Shown here one piece after another: positions 1-12,401 of a DNA stretch of 64,000 nt. The notes under the pieces are model-generated. The model was given only the letters and a program-made list of their open reading frames with translations. It made no database searches and was not told where the DNA came from. The stretch comes from an uncultured delta proteobacterium (GTDB taxonomy: Bacteria > Desulfobacterota > Desulfomonilia > UBA1062): positions 1 to 64,000 of the forward strand of contig CAWAUM010000003.1 in the NCBI GenBank assembly GCA_963785235.1, given 5' to 3'. Made by a program: the position numbers and the translations under genes. The first letter of the stretch is position 1; every line of letters starts with the position of its first letter.

Positions 1-536
1 TGCGCGCGCGCGCGCTGCAGTTTCTGCACCTATTATTCAAAACAGTATGGTATTGAAACAACGATTGCACGCTGCTTCTCTTTTTCGTTGGTCCTTATCT
101 GCCGCTGGATATTCATTACGCCATCGGTAATTTTATCGGGGACGCCCTGAATGGAGGCCCCATAATCGTAAAAGGAGATGGAACACCTTATCGCTCATAC
201 CTCTATGCTGCCGATTTGGCTATCTGGTTGTGGACGATTCTCTTAAAAGGCAAGCCCGGTCGGGTATACAACGTCGGGTCGGAAGAAGGTATTACCATTG
301 CAGAGTTGGCTGATCTGGTTGCGCAGTGCTGTGACACACCGGTTCAGGTACGGATTACCCAAACACCTGCCCTCGATAAGCCCCCGGACAGATATCTGCC
401 ATCAACAAAGCAGACACGCCAAGAGTGCGGCGTCAGCCAAACTGTTAATCTCGAAGAAGCGATCAGGAAGACATTTGCGTTCCATCGATCACTTGGCACT
501 GATCCCCAACAGGAAGAGGTAGAAATTTATGATTAA
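1..536 (+). CDS. NAD-dependent epimerase/dehydratase (dTDP-glucose 4,6-dehydratase/UDP-glucuronate decarboxylase-like), 3' part; 5' truncated by window
   Basis: Upstream of ORF 216..536 the reading gives [52 protein letters not shown] followed by YNVGS, the extended-SDR C-terminal signature; indel near 85. Confidence 0.85.
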
Positions 537-1594
537 GGAAAAACCACTGGTAAGCGTTATGATACCTAACAGAAATCATTCAATGTTCCTTGATGAGTGC
601 ATCAAAAGCGCCCTCAATCAAACATATAAAAACCTCGATATCGTTGTTCTTGATAATTGTTCTGATGACAACTCGATTGAAGTTGCTTCAAAGTATATTA
701 AATCTGGAGTGAGGGTATGTAAGAACGCCAGAAATATCGGAAACAAAAATTATAATGTACTGTCATCGATCACCGATGGTGAATATTTGATACTCTTATG
801 CGCAGATGATCTCATTCGACCTACGTTCATAGAAAAATCTGTTGATATCATGCAGAAATATCAAAATGTTGGATATGTTCACTGTGAAAGGGATTATATT
901 GATGCAACTGGGACCATTACAGAACTAGATCCATTTTTCAGGTGCAGTTTTATTGCACCGGGCAAATCGGTTTTGCCGATTTACATGCTCACAGACATAG
1001 GTCAACCGGCACAGTCTCTTATGAGACGTTCGGTTTTTAATAGGGTATCCGGATATAACACTGAGTTTGACCACACCAATGCAGATAAGGATTTGTGGTT
1101 CAGATTATCGCTTGTTTCTGATTATGCATATATCAGAGAAAAATTGGCATTAATTAGAATTCATCGACAAAGGGAAACGACATCCGGCTTCAAAAGTTTT
1201 TATCATCCTTTAGCAATCTATTTAATGCTGAATAACCAGAAAGAAATGGGTGAAGTTAACGGCCATCAAAATGTGTTGGACCGGCTACCCGCTGCGTATC
1301 GAAAACTTTCAATGGAATGTCTACAAATAGCGCTATTATGTCTGAAGGATAATGACAAGGAATTAACCAGACAGTACTTGCTCTTTTGCCGAAATAATCA
1401 ATGAAGATATCATACAAGATGATCTGTATAAAGAAATCCAGAGTATATTGAACAGTACGGAACCAGTCGAGAGACATGATTCAGCAGTACTTGCAAAACG
1501 ACATGTATGTAACAAGAAACGCAGCTATGACCCCCCTGATGGATATCATACTCTAGAGGTGAATGATGAAACAACAAGAACTAGTATGATGTAG
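529..1594 (+). CDS. Glycosyltransferase family 2 (frameshift near 1387)
   Basis: PLVSVMIPNRN...LDNCSDDNS...LCADD GT-A motifs; a shifted frame continues AEIINEDIIQDDLY...RSYDPPDGY to a stop at 1594. Confidence 0.85.
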
Positions 1595-2604
1595 CCATTC
1601 TCCTTATCACACACAACTGCGTAGACAAGATCGACAGGAGTATCAAGAGTGTACTCGATCAGACCTTTGATAACACCCGAATTAAGATAGTGGTTATAGA
1701 TAATCACTCAGATGATGGCACATATGAAAAACTGATGGGCTATGTCAAAGAGAACCGTATCTCCATTTTCCGTGTGAGGGTAAACCGTACTCCAACCAGG
1801 TTATTGCTTTCAGCAATGTCCTTTCTAGAATATGTTGATTACAAATATTTACTCGTGCTCAATGCAGGAGATGAACTTTATACGGATTGTATTAAAAATT
1901 ATACTGCCATAATGGATGAATATTCCGATATGGACAGAAGGATACTTATTTGCGAGACTGATTTAAAGAACGACCTAGGACATGTTTCAAAACAACCACC
2001 TATATTTACAGAGAATTGCATATTATTAAAGAGAGAACATTATACTCAATTTCTTACCAATGGAACGGGACATAAGATTCAGTGTTTCTACTGCCGTGGA
2101 GTTCTGTCATCGAATTTTGCAGAATTTCCATTTATCATTGATTACAATGACTGGTTCAAGAAGGCATTATTTTCATTCAGAATGGGGTGTGTCTATATTA
2201 AGGATCCTCATTCTTGCACTCTTGCCACCCAATATCACGATGAGCTCTACGATTTGATATTACGCTTAAATCTGGTAATAAGATTGGAATTAACTCGGAG
2301 CAGCATGTATCCTGAAGAAAATTATAAATATTTTGATGAACTGAATTCAAGAAAGATTATCAATCAAAATCTTTCATCTTTAGCTCTACAATACGCTTTG
2401 AACGCGCAGAAAAGATCTGACACATCCGCTGCAAATAAAATTCTTCTGTTTGCAGAAATGATTAATGAGAATGTAATGATGTCAGAGTTATATTCTTTGC
2501 TGAATAATTATTCAGATAACTGCAACATGCCTGATACTCTTAATAATTATAGAAACCTAGATAAAAGTGTTTCTCCTCCTGAAGGTGCAGTGATAATTTC
2601 CTGA
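1563..2604 (+). CDS. Glycosyltransferase family 2-like paralog (indel near 1585)
   Basis: In frame upstream of 1690: DVAILLITHNCVDKIDRSIKSVLDQT...VVIDNHSDDGTYE; C-terminus LLFAEMINE...SPPEG parallels the previous gene. Confidence 0.7.
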
Positions 2605-2717
2605 CTTAATCTTAAGCAACGCCAATATAAAACTGCACGCAAGCTTTCATGCAAATCAGTATACATCCTGAGACAATAGGTAATAGCCTAGCTATAGAGA
2701 GGAAAGGGGAACTACAT

Positions 2718-4520
2718 ATGAATTACCTGTTAGTTATGCCCAAAGCAGCTGCAAAGTCTTCCGGTGGTTATAATGTATTTCCGGTAGGTATTGCCTATGT
2801 GTCTGCAAGTTTAAAAAACACAACTTCAGTGTATACACCTCAAATCTTGAATTCTGCAAGCAGAATACATTTCAATCTCTTAACTATCTAATACATGAAA
2901 ATAATATCGATGTCATATGTACTTCCGGATTAAGTCGTGATTACTATAAGGTGAAAGAAATTATTGATATCGCCCGTCAAATAAAACCTGGCATTATGAC
3001 TGTAGTCGGGGGCGGTATAATCAGCAGCGATCCAGAAACCTCAATGGTTGCATTAGGTGCTGATATAGGGATTATTGGTGAAGGTGAGGTTACGCTATGC
3101 GAAGTGGCGCATGCCTTAGATAATAATCTTTCATATGCTGATGTGCCTGGGTTGATTTTCAAAAACTCGCAAAACAATTTTATCCAAACAGCCAATAGGG
3201 CAGAGATTCCCGATATCGACTCTATCCCCCTACCCGATTATGAAGGTTTCAGTTATACAGAATATATAAAATCAATAAATTATGAAGCAGCCTATGTAAT
3301 CGCGAGCAGGTCCTGCCCGTTTTCCTGCACCTTTTGTTTTCATCCATCCGGCAAAAAATATCGGCAACGGTCTCTTGATAACTTATTTGGTGAGATAGAT
3401 CAGCTTATAAACGGTTATGGATTAAAAAGCTTAGTGATAAGTGATGAATTGTTCGCAGTGAAAAAAGAACGTGTCTTCGAATTTTGCAAGCGCATATCTC
3501 CCTACAACATAACGTGGTCTCTTCAATTGAGAGTAAGCGATGTGGATAACGAAATGCTGCGTGCAATGCATGATGCAGGTTGTATATGCATAAGTTATGG
3601 ATTGGAAAGCGCAGATAATTCGGTTCTAAAAAGCATGAGAAAACATATTACGGTTGAACAGATAGAACATGCTTTAAAAATAACTTATGACGCGAATATT
3701 GATATTCAGGGAGGGTTTATATTCGGAGATATAGCCGAAACCAAAGATACAGCAGCAAATACACTAAAATGGCATTCGGATCATTCACATTATGGGCTTG
3801 AACTAAATATGATTAACATCTTCCCCGGTACACCGCTATATAACTATGCCTGCATGCAAGGCATAATAGATAACAAATTGAATTACTTAAAAGAAGGTTG
3901 CCCGTTGGTGAATGTTTCGAAACTCACTAATGATGAATACATAGATCTGGCCTCGCTAATATATGAAAAAAATATGCGTCCTAAGCTTCTTCCTGAAAAT
4001 TTCACCATTAGCGACTTGGATTCTAAGGGCAATTGCAAAGTGGAGATGGTTTGTAATAAATGCAGTTCTCACCAGATCTTTTACCACGAATATACTTCAT
4101 ATTAAGAGAATACTGTGTCCTCGTTGCAAACAAAGACACTACGTTGACCCTTTTGAGAAGATCTCTCACTCAAAGAAAACAATGGAGCAATATTTTGAAA
4201 ATGATAACCGCGTAGCACTATGGGGTGCAGGCGAAATATGCATTAAACTTTTAGACAACTATCCATTTTTTATCGATAATAAGTATATAATCGTTGACAT
4301 TTCCAAATCTCGACAAGGTTATTCCCTCTGTGGTAAAATGATATTTTCCCCGGATATGATAACTGAGGAAAAAATCAAGACGGTTATTATATCAGTCGTC
4401 AATAGAAAGGATGAGATACTTAACCATTTAATTACGCAATATCAATCGGTTAAAAATATTTATTTGCCTGACACAGAAAAGATGGATGATCGCATCATGT
4501 TAACACTAAGGAAATTATAG
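2718..4520 (+). CDS. Cobalamin-binding radical SAM protein with C-terminal CxxC pairs and Rossmann-like module (frameshifts near 2820-2890 and 4085)
   Basis: FPVGIAYVSASLK B12-binding N-terminus, VVGGG, GEGE, SRSCPFSCTFC (CxxxCxxC), YGLES, FIFG; RBS GGAAAGGGG before ATG 2718. Confidence 0.88.
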
Positions 4521-4535
4521 TTCGATCAGCCTGGA

Positions 4536-6270
4536 TTGCAAGAATTCTTAACACCTCATAAGGATAATACTATTTTGGATATTTACCTGAGGCAACTTAC
4601 TGAGTTGATTAAGGCTACTTCAGATAAGAGCTGGTTTATCGACTTGCTGTTTGGTGAGCATAAACAGGAAGCCCTGAATGCAACTCCTGTTGTTCTGTTT
4701 GGTGCTGGTGAATTGGGCGAACAGTTATTCATAACACTTAAATACCATGGCATCACCCCCGTATTCTTTTGTGACAACAACGTATCCAAAAGCGGGCAAT
4801 CTTATTGTGGAATTCCAATCATATCATTTGCTGAATTAGTTGCATCCCATCAAAACAGTTTCATAGTAATCGCAACACAAAAGTACCTGGAGTCTGTCAC
4901 TGCGCAGTTATTAGATAATGGATTTCGAGCAGATCGGGTTTTTTGCAAGGAATTCGATCATTGTTCAAGGTTAGTATTCGTATATGCTGCGGTTATCTTT
5001 AGAGCATTATCAGATTTCAATAGAATCAACCTTATCAACAAAACCAGCATGAATTATCAAAAGATCATAAGCAGAATAAAAAATAAAAACAAAATCAATG
5101 TTGCCTTCTTCATTCATTCCAGTTCCATCTGGAAGTACGGCGATATTTATCGCATGATGGAACGTGATGATAGGTTTGAACCTGTTATAGTTATTTGTCC
5201 TTATATCAATGCCAAGTACAATGAAGATGACATGATAAAAGACATGGAAGATACTTTCACTCATTTCAACAAAATGAACTATGCCGTAATGAATACATAC
5301 AACATGAACACCGGCAAATGGTTAGATATCAAAGAAGAGGTTCATCCGGATATCGTCTTTTTTTCAAACCCATATGAATTGCACAATAAACCCGAACACT
5401 ATATCACACACTATTTAGAAAGTTTGACATGCTATGTACCATATTCATTCACCATTCCCCATGTGCACTCTTTCAATTACAATGAGCTTTTTCATAATCT
5501 GCTATGGAAGGCTTTCTATGAAACGCCAATTCATAAAGATTTGGCGACAAGATATGCACAAAACAATGGATCAAATGTTGTTGTTACAGGATATCCGGGG
5601 ACAGACATTTTCATTGACCGGAATTATAGACCCAAAGACGTTTGGAAAATTAAAGATCGCAACATCAAAAGAATAATTTGGGCACCTCATCATACAATTC
5701 ATCCGATCGATAAGGATGAATGCCTCTTGGGTTATTCAAATTTCATACATTATCATGATGTTATGCTGAATATTGCCAGCAGATATTCTGATAAGATCCA
5801 GATCGCGTTCAAGCCTCACCCCATATTGAAAAAGAAACTATATATTGAAGGGGATTGGGGAAGAAACAAAACAGACAGCTATTATTTAAAGTGGAAAAAT
5901 TTAGTCAATGGCCAGTTGGAAGAATCAGATTATGTTGACTTGTTTCTTACATCGGATGCCATGATCCATGACAGTGGATCATTCTTGGTTGAATATCTAT
6001 ACTAAATAAACCACCCTTATTTACCGTTAAAGATAATGACATAAATGATAGGTTCAACATTTTTGGCAAAATGGCTTTCAAACAATCGTATCATGCTTAT
6101 AACGAAAATGATCTCATCGCTTTCATTGAAGATGTAGTAATCAACGGCAATGATCCCTAAAAAGAGAACTGAGAATGAAATTTTATAACGATTACTTGGT
6201 TCCCCCAAATAGCAAAAGTGCTTCAGAAAATATTTTTGACTTTATAAAAGAGCAACTATCTTATCCCTAA
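4536..6270 (+). CDS. CDP-glycerol glycerophosphotransferase family protein (TagF/TagB-like) with N-terminal Rossmann-like module (indels near 6003 and 6158)
   Basis: VVVTGYPGTD, IIWAPHHTI, FKPHP, SDAMIHDSGSFLVEYLY; shifted frame continues NKPPLF...SASENIFDFIKEQLSYP to 6270. Confidence 0.8.
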
Positions 6271-6323
6271 ACGGATCTCGTAAATGGGTAAGGTCATATT
6301 CAAAGAAGTGCGAGGTTAATATC

Positions 6324-6761
6324 ATGGTACTAGGATATACTACCGGGGTATTCGATCTTTTCCATATAGGTCATGTTAATTTGCTGCGCAATGCAAAATC
6401 TGTCTGTGATAAGCTCATCGTCGGTGTAACAACAGATGAATTATTGCTTGAATATAAAAAAAAGCGTCCAATTATCCCTTTCAGTGAGCGCATTGAAATT
6501 ATAAGAAGTTTAAAATGTGTGGACGCAGTCATTTCCCAAGAAAATATGGATAAGTTCGCTGCCTGGGAAAAACTTAAATTCGATATTATGATCGTGGGTG
6601 ATGACTGGTTCAATACCCCTAAATGGGAAAATATTGAGAGTCAATTTAAGGAACATGGCGTCAGGATTATATACTTCCCATATACTAAAGGGACTTCCTC
6701 CACATTGATAAACAGGATCCTTATGGAGGAAAGAGACCGTCTTAATGGTTCATCAGGTTAA
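6324..6761 (+). CDS. tagD: Glycerol-3-phosphate cytidylyltransferase-like protein
   Basis: GVFDLFHIGH (HIGH) motif, VGDDW, YTKGTSST. Confidence 0.8.
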   Translation: MVLGYTTGVFDLFHIGHVNLLRNAKSVCDKLIVGVTTDELLLEYKKKRPIIPFSERIEIIRSLKCVDAVISQENMDKFAAWEKLKFDIMIVGDDWFNTPKWENIESQFKEHGVRIIYFPYTKGTSSTLINRILMEERDRLNGSSG

Positions 6762-6779
6762 AGCATAAAAGGAGGAATA

Positions 6780-7815
6780 TATCATTGTATAATTTATTTT
6801 GCCTTAGCTCATTCCTTGCATTTCGCTATGTCACAAAAGAAGGCATTTCCTGGAAAGAAGGAGTTGTTCCGGCTTTTCCGAAGGTACAAAAAAGGATCAG
6901 AAAGGAGTTATTACTGCCGAAGAAATTATAAATTTCTTTTCTAATCAGTTAAAGGACGACGAACATACGGGGATTCTGCTGAGCGCAGGAATCGATTCAG
7001 CAATTCTTGCTTCTTTTCTACCTGAGGGAACAAAGGCTTATACTGTTAAATTTGTAGCCGATGCCGCAATAGATGAAAGCCCTGGGGCCTCACTATTTGC
7101 GACAAGAATGAATCTGGAGCACAAAGTAGTTGATGTCACATGGGAAGATTACCTCTCTTACATGGATCTCCTTATGAAACGCAAGAAATCTCCACTGCAT
7201 GCCATTGAGGTAGCCTTATATAAGACAGCTATGGCTGCAAGGCAAGATGGAGTAAATAAACTCATAGTAGGCAATGGAGCAGACAGTACCTTTGGAGGAA
7301 TGGATAAACTCCTCTCGAAAGATTGGTCTTTTGAAGAATTTATGAAACGTTATACCTTTGTGGAGCCATCAAGTGTATTAAGAGATTACGAGGATATACA
7401 CGGAATATACCTTCCCTACAAAACTGGAGATGGAATTGATGTGTCGGCTTTCTTAAAGACTGTTCATGGACTTGGTATTATTCAGGCATTTAATAATGCC
7501 ATTGAGGCAGCCGAATGCTCTATTGTAGCTCCTTACGAATCTCTATTTCTAAATGCGCCTCTTGACCTGGCAAGAATAAGGAATAATGAAAGCAAGTATA
7601 TCTTGCGACAGGTTTTCCAGAAACGATTCCCTGATTGCCCTATCCCGGACAAGATTCCCTTTGCCAGGCCCATGGAACAATGGTTGGCAAATTGGGATGG
7701 TCCAAAACGAGAAGAGTTCCTGGACCATATAGATATTAAAAGCTTCTCAGGTGATCAGAAGTGGATCTTATTTTGTCTCGAAAGATTCATGGATTTATTT
7801 GACGAAACAATATGA
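6780..7815 (+). CDS. Asparagine-synthase C-terminal (ATP pyrophosphatase) domain protein; 5' end uncertain because of indels
   Basis: In frame upstream of 7108: GILLSAGIDSAILA (PP-loop), then GNGADSTFGG and SKYILRQ...DKIPF. Confidence 0.75.
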
Positions 7816-9289
7816 ATGTTGCAATTTCAAAAATATCATCATCTTATCCGATCTATAGCTCCATTTAATCCCAGTGATCAGGTACCCTGAATATCGATTG
7901 GGAGAGATCAGCAGTGAAACCAATGAAGTATATTCTGCCGTTCGAGCAACATTTCATTTTATTAGGACTGGATAAGGAAAATATCGAAACACCAGACTGG
8001 AATCCTCTCGGCCATATAATTAAACCCGGGAACACTGTTTTTATTAAACCAAATTTTGTAGACCATAAACATCGTTTCAATGATGATGTCTGGTCGGTTA
8101 TTACACACCCCTCAGTAATAAGAGCTGCAGCCGATTATGCCGCATTAGCGCTTAAGGGCAGCGGCAAGATCATTATTGGTGATAACCCACATGTGGATGC
8201 AAACTTTGAAATCATAAAAAATATATGCAGCCTGGACATGATAGCGGATATTTATAGAAAGCAAGGAATACAATGCGAGATTGTTGATCTGAGGAAATGG
8301 CATATGCCGGATCTGAAATACTATGGATTCAAAGAAGGGCGTGATTCCTTTGACGGGTGATCAGCATGGTGCAACCAAACTCAATGTCGGTAAAAAATCC
8401 TATCTTAATAAGCGTGTTCCAATTCTATTTCATGGCACTTATACAGACAGATATGAGACCATTAAACATCATATCTTTAATAGACATGAATACGTGTTTT
8501 CCAATTCGATATTAAGCGCAGATGTCTATATCTCCATCCCTAAGCTTAAATCACATGCCAAGGTCGGTGCTACTCTCAATATTAAAGGGTTGATAGGCAC
8601 AATCTCTGAGAAAAACGCCCTGGTACACTGGTCGATTGGTTATCCTTTGTTGGGGGTGATGAATATCCCCCACCGACAAAGGTAAGAGATTATTTCAAAT
8701 TGTATTTTCAACATTTTCTTCTCAGCACAGTACCGAGCAGACTATATTTCTCTCTCCGCAATTATTTTAATAAGAATATTATAGGGAAGACCTATAATAA
8801 GATTATTGATACCGAATATCAGAAAGAAAGAATGCTTCGTGGAGCATGGGAAGGCAATGATACCACTTGGCGTATGACTGCAGATGTTTACAATGCATTT
8901 GTTAAAGATATTACTGGATTTCGGAAAAAAAAGGGGTGGCAATACAAAGGTTTCTCTGTTGTTGATGGAATTGTCGGTGGCGATACCGATGGACCCCACT
9001 ACCCAATAGCGTCAAGTCCGGTGTAATTGTTTCCGGTGAAGATTTTCTTGCGGTTGATGCAACTTGTGCAAGACTGATGGATTATGATATAAATACAATA
9101 AGATATCTTAAAGCACTGTTCGATCAATACCGCATATCAATTGATGATATTAAAGTATTTTCAAATCATTTTGAAGGTACTGATTTTTTCAAGAATGAAA
9201 GAAAATATCTTGGATTTAGACCACCACATAACTGGCCAAGTCTGAGTTCAATGCATTTGAGCCCAGGAAAACCATATTTTACCAATTGA
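7812..9289 (+). CDS. DUF362 domain protein split by several indels (ORFs 7914, 8323, 8700, 9077)
   Basis: VFIKPNFV, ITHPSVIRA, IIIGDNP, ISIPKLKSHAKVGATLNIK, W.GNDT.WR, VVDGIVGG..DGP and AVDATCARLM, the DUF362 motifs in order. Confidence 0.8.
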
Positions 9290-9427
9290 GTATGAATGAG
9301 GAATTAATGAAATATCTGAAAAGGCCCTTCGAAAGGGATACTAACTTTGAAGGGGCATTCATGAGTGTCTTATTATCCTCCAAGGCTAATTATCATAATC
9401 TTCTATTGAAGCAGAGGGGCTGAGTAC

Positions 9428-11597
9428 ATGTTGGAGAATCAGGAATTTGCGCTAAAAGTGTTAGAGGAAACATCTACGCTCATAGGATCTGCCAAGCAAT
9501 TAAGAGATCTGAGCGTCATGCGGGGATTATCTTGGATTTGAACAAAGAGCAACTAATATGCTGCAGAAGCTTCAGGAGCTCATCTCGAGACATGAGAGGG
9601 GGTTCCCTTACCTGCCACAGAGAGTATTGCTGACTCATTGAAAAGGATTATCATACACGCGAAAGCAAGGTCTAATAAGACACTTCACAAAATTGAATTC
9701 GAACTGTTACCCTTACTGAAGGATTTTTATCTGAGCTATTATTTTTATCGTTGTGTATTTCCTGAAAAACCATTGATGGAGAAATACTATCAGCACGAAA
9801 TGGTAAAATTAGGGGCGAACGAATATCTTGATGAAGCAGTTAAAACTGGGCACTACAAATACGATTTATCGATCGGCGTGCTGGCATTCAATAAGCTTGA
9901 GTATACCAAGCTGTGTGTCGAAAACCTATTGAAACACATCCCAAGGCATTTGAATTATGAACTTATCCTCATTAACCATGGATCAACAGATGGGACAAAA
10001 GAATTTTTCGAGAGCATTGAACCGACTAAGCAACTTGACATCTTGGTAAACGGGGGTGGTGTTGGGGCCTCTACGAGAATAATGGAAGGAAAATATTATT
10101 TGGAAGTATCCAATGATGTTATTGTAACTGAAAATGCGATTGCGAACATGATCCGCTGCATGGATTCGGACGATAAAATTGCCTGGGTCGTGCCGACGAC
10201 TCCTAATGTCAGCAATCTCCAGACAATCCCTGCGAAATATAAAACCCTTGAAGAAATGCATGAGTTTGCAAGGAAAAACAACGAGCACAGTGACCCCTAT
10301 CGTTGGGAGCAGCGGACCAGGTTGTGCAATCCTATATGTCTCAGACGTTCAAGTGTCTCTTTTTCACCCAGTGGCGTTAATTGGTCTTACTATTATTACA
10401 CGGATATGCAGGGAGGTTTTAATGATGATAAAGAGGCGCTACTTTATCGACGAAACGGCTACAAGATGATCCTTGCAAAAGACAGTTATTGCTATCATTT
10501 CGGAAGTGTAACGCTCAATGATGAAATTGCGAAACAAGAGTTATTTTACGAAAAAGGGCGCAAAGTATTTCAAGATGCTTTTGGCATTGACCCGTGGGGA
10601 ACAGGCTTTTGCTGGTCTCCGGAGCTTATATCGCGTCTGCCATGCAGGGAAGAAGGGCATGTCAATATTCTCGGCTTAAATTGTGGAATGGGGAGCAACC
10701 CTCTTAAGATCAAGGAAACTCTTAAGGAAAGAGCCCACAACCTTGATGTGACGTTGTACAATGTTACGGATGATGAACGATATACAGAGGATTTACGAGG
10801 TGTATCTGATGTATTTGCTTTTGAGCAGTACAGCAATAATTTTCATACATTGTTTCCAGGGGTGCTGTTCGATTATATCGTGTTTGAAAGCGGCTTAGAA
10901 ACATATCCGGAACCCCTTAAAATAATAAAAAGCCTTGAAACGCGCTTGACTGCCGGTGGATTTTTGATTTTCCAGACAGTTAATCAACCTATCATGAGAA
11001 CCATATGTGAAAACTTTCCCACTGCAACCACGGCGAGAAACTGGTGTGTCATTCCTATCAATGGGAATCCGAAAGACAGTCAATACCGGGAAGATTTGAT
11101 GAAAGATGATGGAGATAGGGACATAGTCCATATGACTAGGGAACAGCAGGTAAAGAAACTCCTCGAGTTGGGGGAAGAACGGTTCTCGCAAGGCGATGTC
11201 AGCACTGCAATAAAAATCTTCGAGAGAGTGCTCCGTCTCGACAAGACAAACTCCCAGGCCTTGAACAACCTGGGCGTGATCCAGTGGCAGCTTGGCGAAA
11301 CACTCTCGGCCATGGAAATCTTTCAGAGTGCCCTGATCTCCAACCCTGAAGACCCCGATGCCCTGGCAAATCTCCTGCAGGCAACGACGGAAACCGGGAG
11401 ATTTGACCTGCATAAAACCGGACCTGCTGGATACCCTGAAACAAGGCCCAACCGGCAAACCCGGATATTGCAAGCTCATACGATGGGCACCAAGGGAATA
11501 TATGAGTATCGAGACGGCACTGAAAAACGGGGCTGATGCAGATGAGGTGCTTCGGAGAATTGAACTGGCCGAGCACACCAGCAATACGACATCATGA
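9428..11597 (+). CDS. GT2 glycosyltransferase with methyltransferase-like domain and C-terminal TPR repeats (indels at both ends)
   Basis: LSIGVLAFNKLEYTKLC, LINHGSTDGT, SNDVIV, YCYHFGS; ILGLNCGMG SAM-like motif; TPR ALNNLGVIQWQLG. Confidence 0.8.
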
Positions 11598-11696
11598 TCA
11601 ATGCCTGTTCCTGGCCGGACTCCGGTAGCAGTAAGTATTTGGAAAGAGCTCTGCAGCACCCTCCCCTATAGGTTCATTACAAATCACCGCGATCAG

Positions 11697-12164
11697 CTAT
11701 CTCTTAGCATTCCAGTTCTTCAACAGCTTCTTCGCCTCTGCTAGCTGTTCCTTTGTCATCTTACCAGCTACACTTCCTTTTAATTTCACCGCTTGTGCAC
11801 TCCCCTTCTTCTCGGCCAGCTCAAACCACATATAAGCCAGCACATAGTTCTGGGGAACACCCCTTCCAATGCGGTACATATTGCCAAGCTGTGTCTGTGC
11901 CTCAGGGTTACCCTGTCTGGCTGCACGGCCGTACCATTCGGCTGCCTTTGAATAATTCTGGCTTACCCCCTGCCCTGTCTCATACAGGTATGCAACAAAT
12001 ACCTGTGCCTTGGCATCCCCCTGTTCGGCAGGCATAAGATTTTCACGAAATTCCGTGCTGGATGAACCATCATCAGGAAGGTAAGCACGCAGTGGTAATG
12101 GATCTAAAAAAAGATATGTGCTGTGGAGGACCACAAGCAGCCCTATAATGAAAATCCTCCGCAT
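11697..12164 (-). CDS. Sel1-repeat (TPR-like) exported protein
   Basis: AEQGDAKAQ..AYLYETGQGV.QNYSKAAEWY..AARQGNPEAQ.QLG.MY..GRGV; signal peptide. Confidence 0.9.
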   Translation of the reverse strand: MRRIFIIGLLVVLHSTYLFLDPLPLRAYLPDDGSSSTEFRENLMPAEQGDAKAQVFVAYLYETGQGVSQNYSKAAEWYGRAARQGNPEAQTQLGNMYRIGRGVPQNYVLAYMWFELAEKKGSAQAVKLKGSVAGKMTKEQLAEAKKLLKNWNAKR

Positions 12165-12401
12165 TCACTCCCCTTAAAAGATAAGTCAACAAATAACATT
12201 CTTGAAATTCTGCACTCACATTAAGGTCATTTCATTGGCAAGTCAACTCTCTGATTGATGGTCATGCCAAGTCAAGGTCTTTTGAGAAAAAGGTTGCAAT
12301 CTTCCACATTGCCCTTACCCTGCAAAACGGTTATGTTACACATTATCAATTCATAAACTGCAATCATGAAAATTCGAATTGAATTTACCAGGAGGGAAGA
12401 G

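Noticed and set aside
1-16. (GC)n dinucleotide run at the window start
   Set aside because: It lies at the sequence edge inside a coding region; probably a read-end or consensus artefact rather than a functional repeat.
8340-8400. TGA ending ORF 7914..8360 as a possible Sec codon
   Set aside because: The DUF362 homology continues in another frame before this codon and there is no SECIS-like hairpin; an indel explains it.
12316-12343. TTATGTTACAC resembling a XerD arm of dif
   Set aside because: No matching XerC arm at 6-bp spacing; better explained as promoter sequence.
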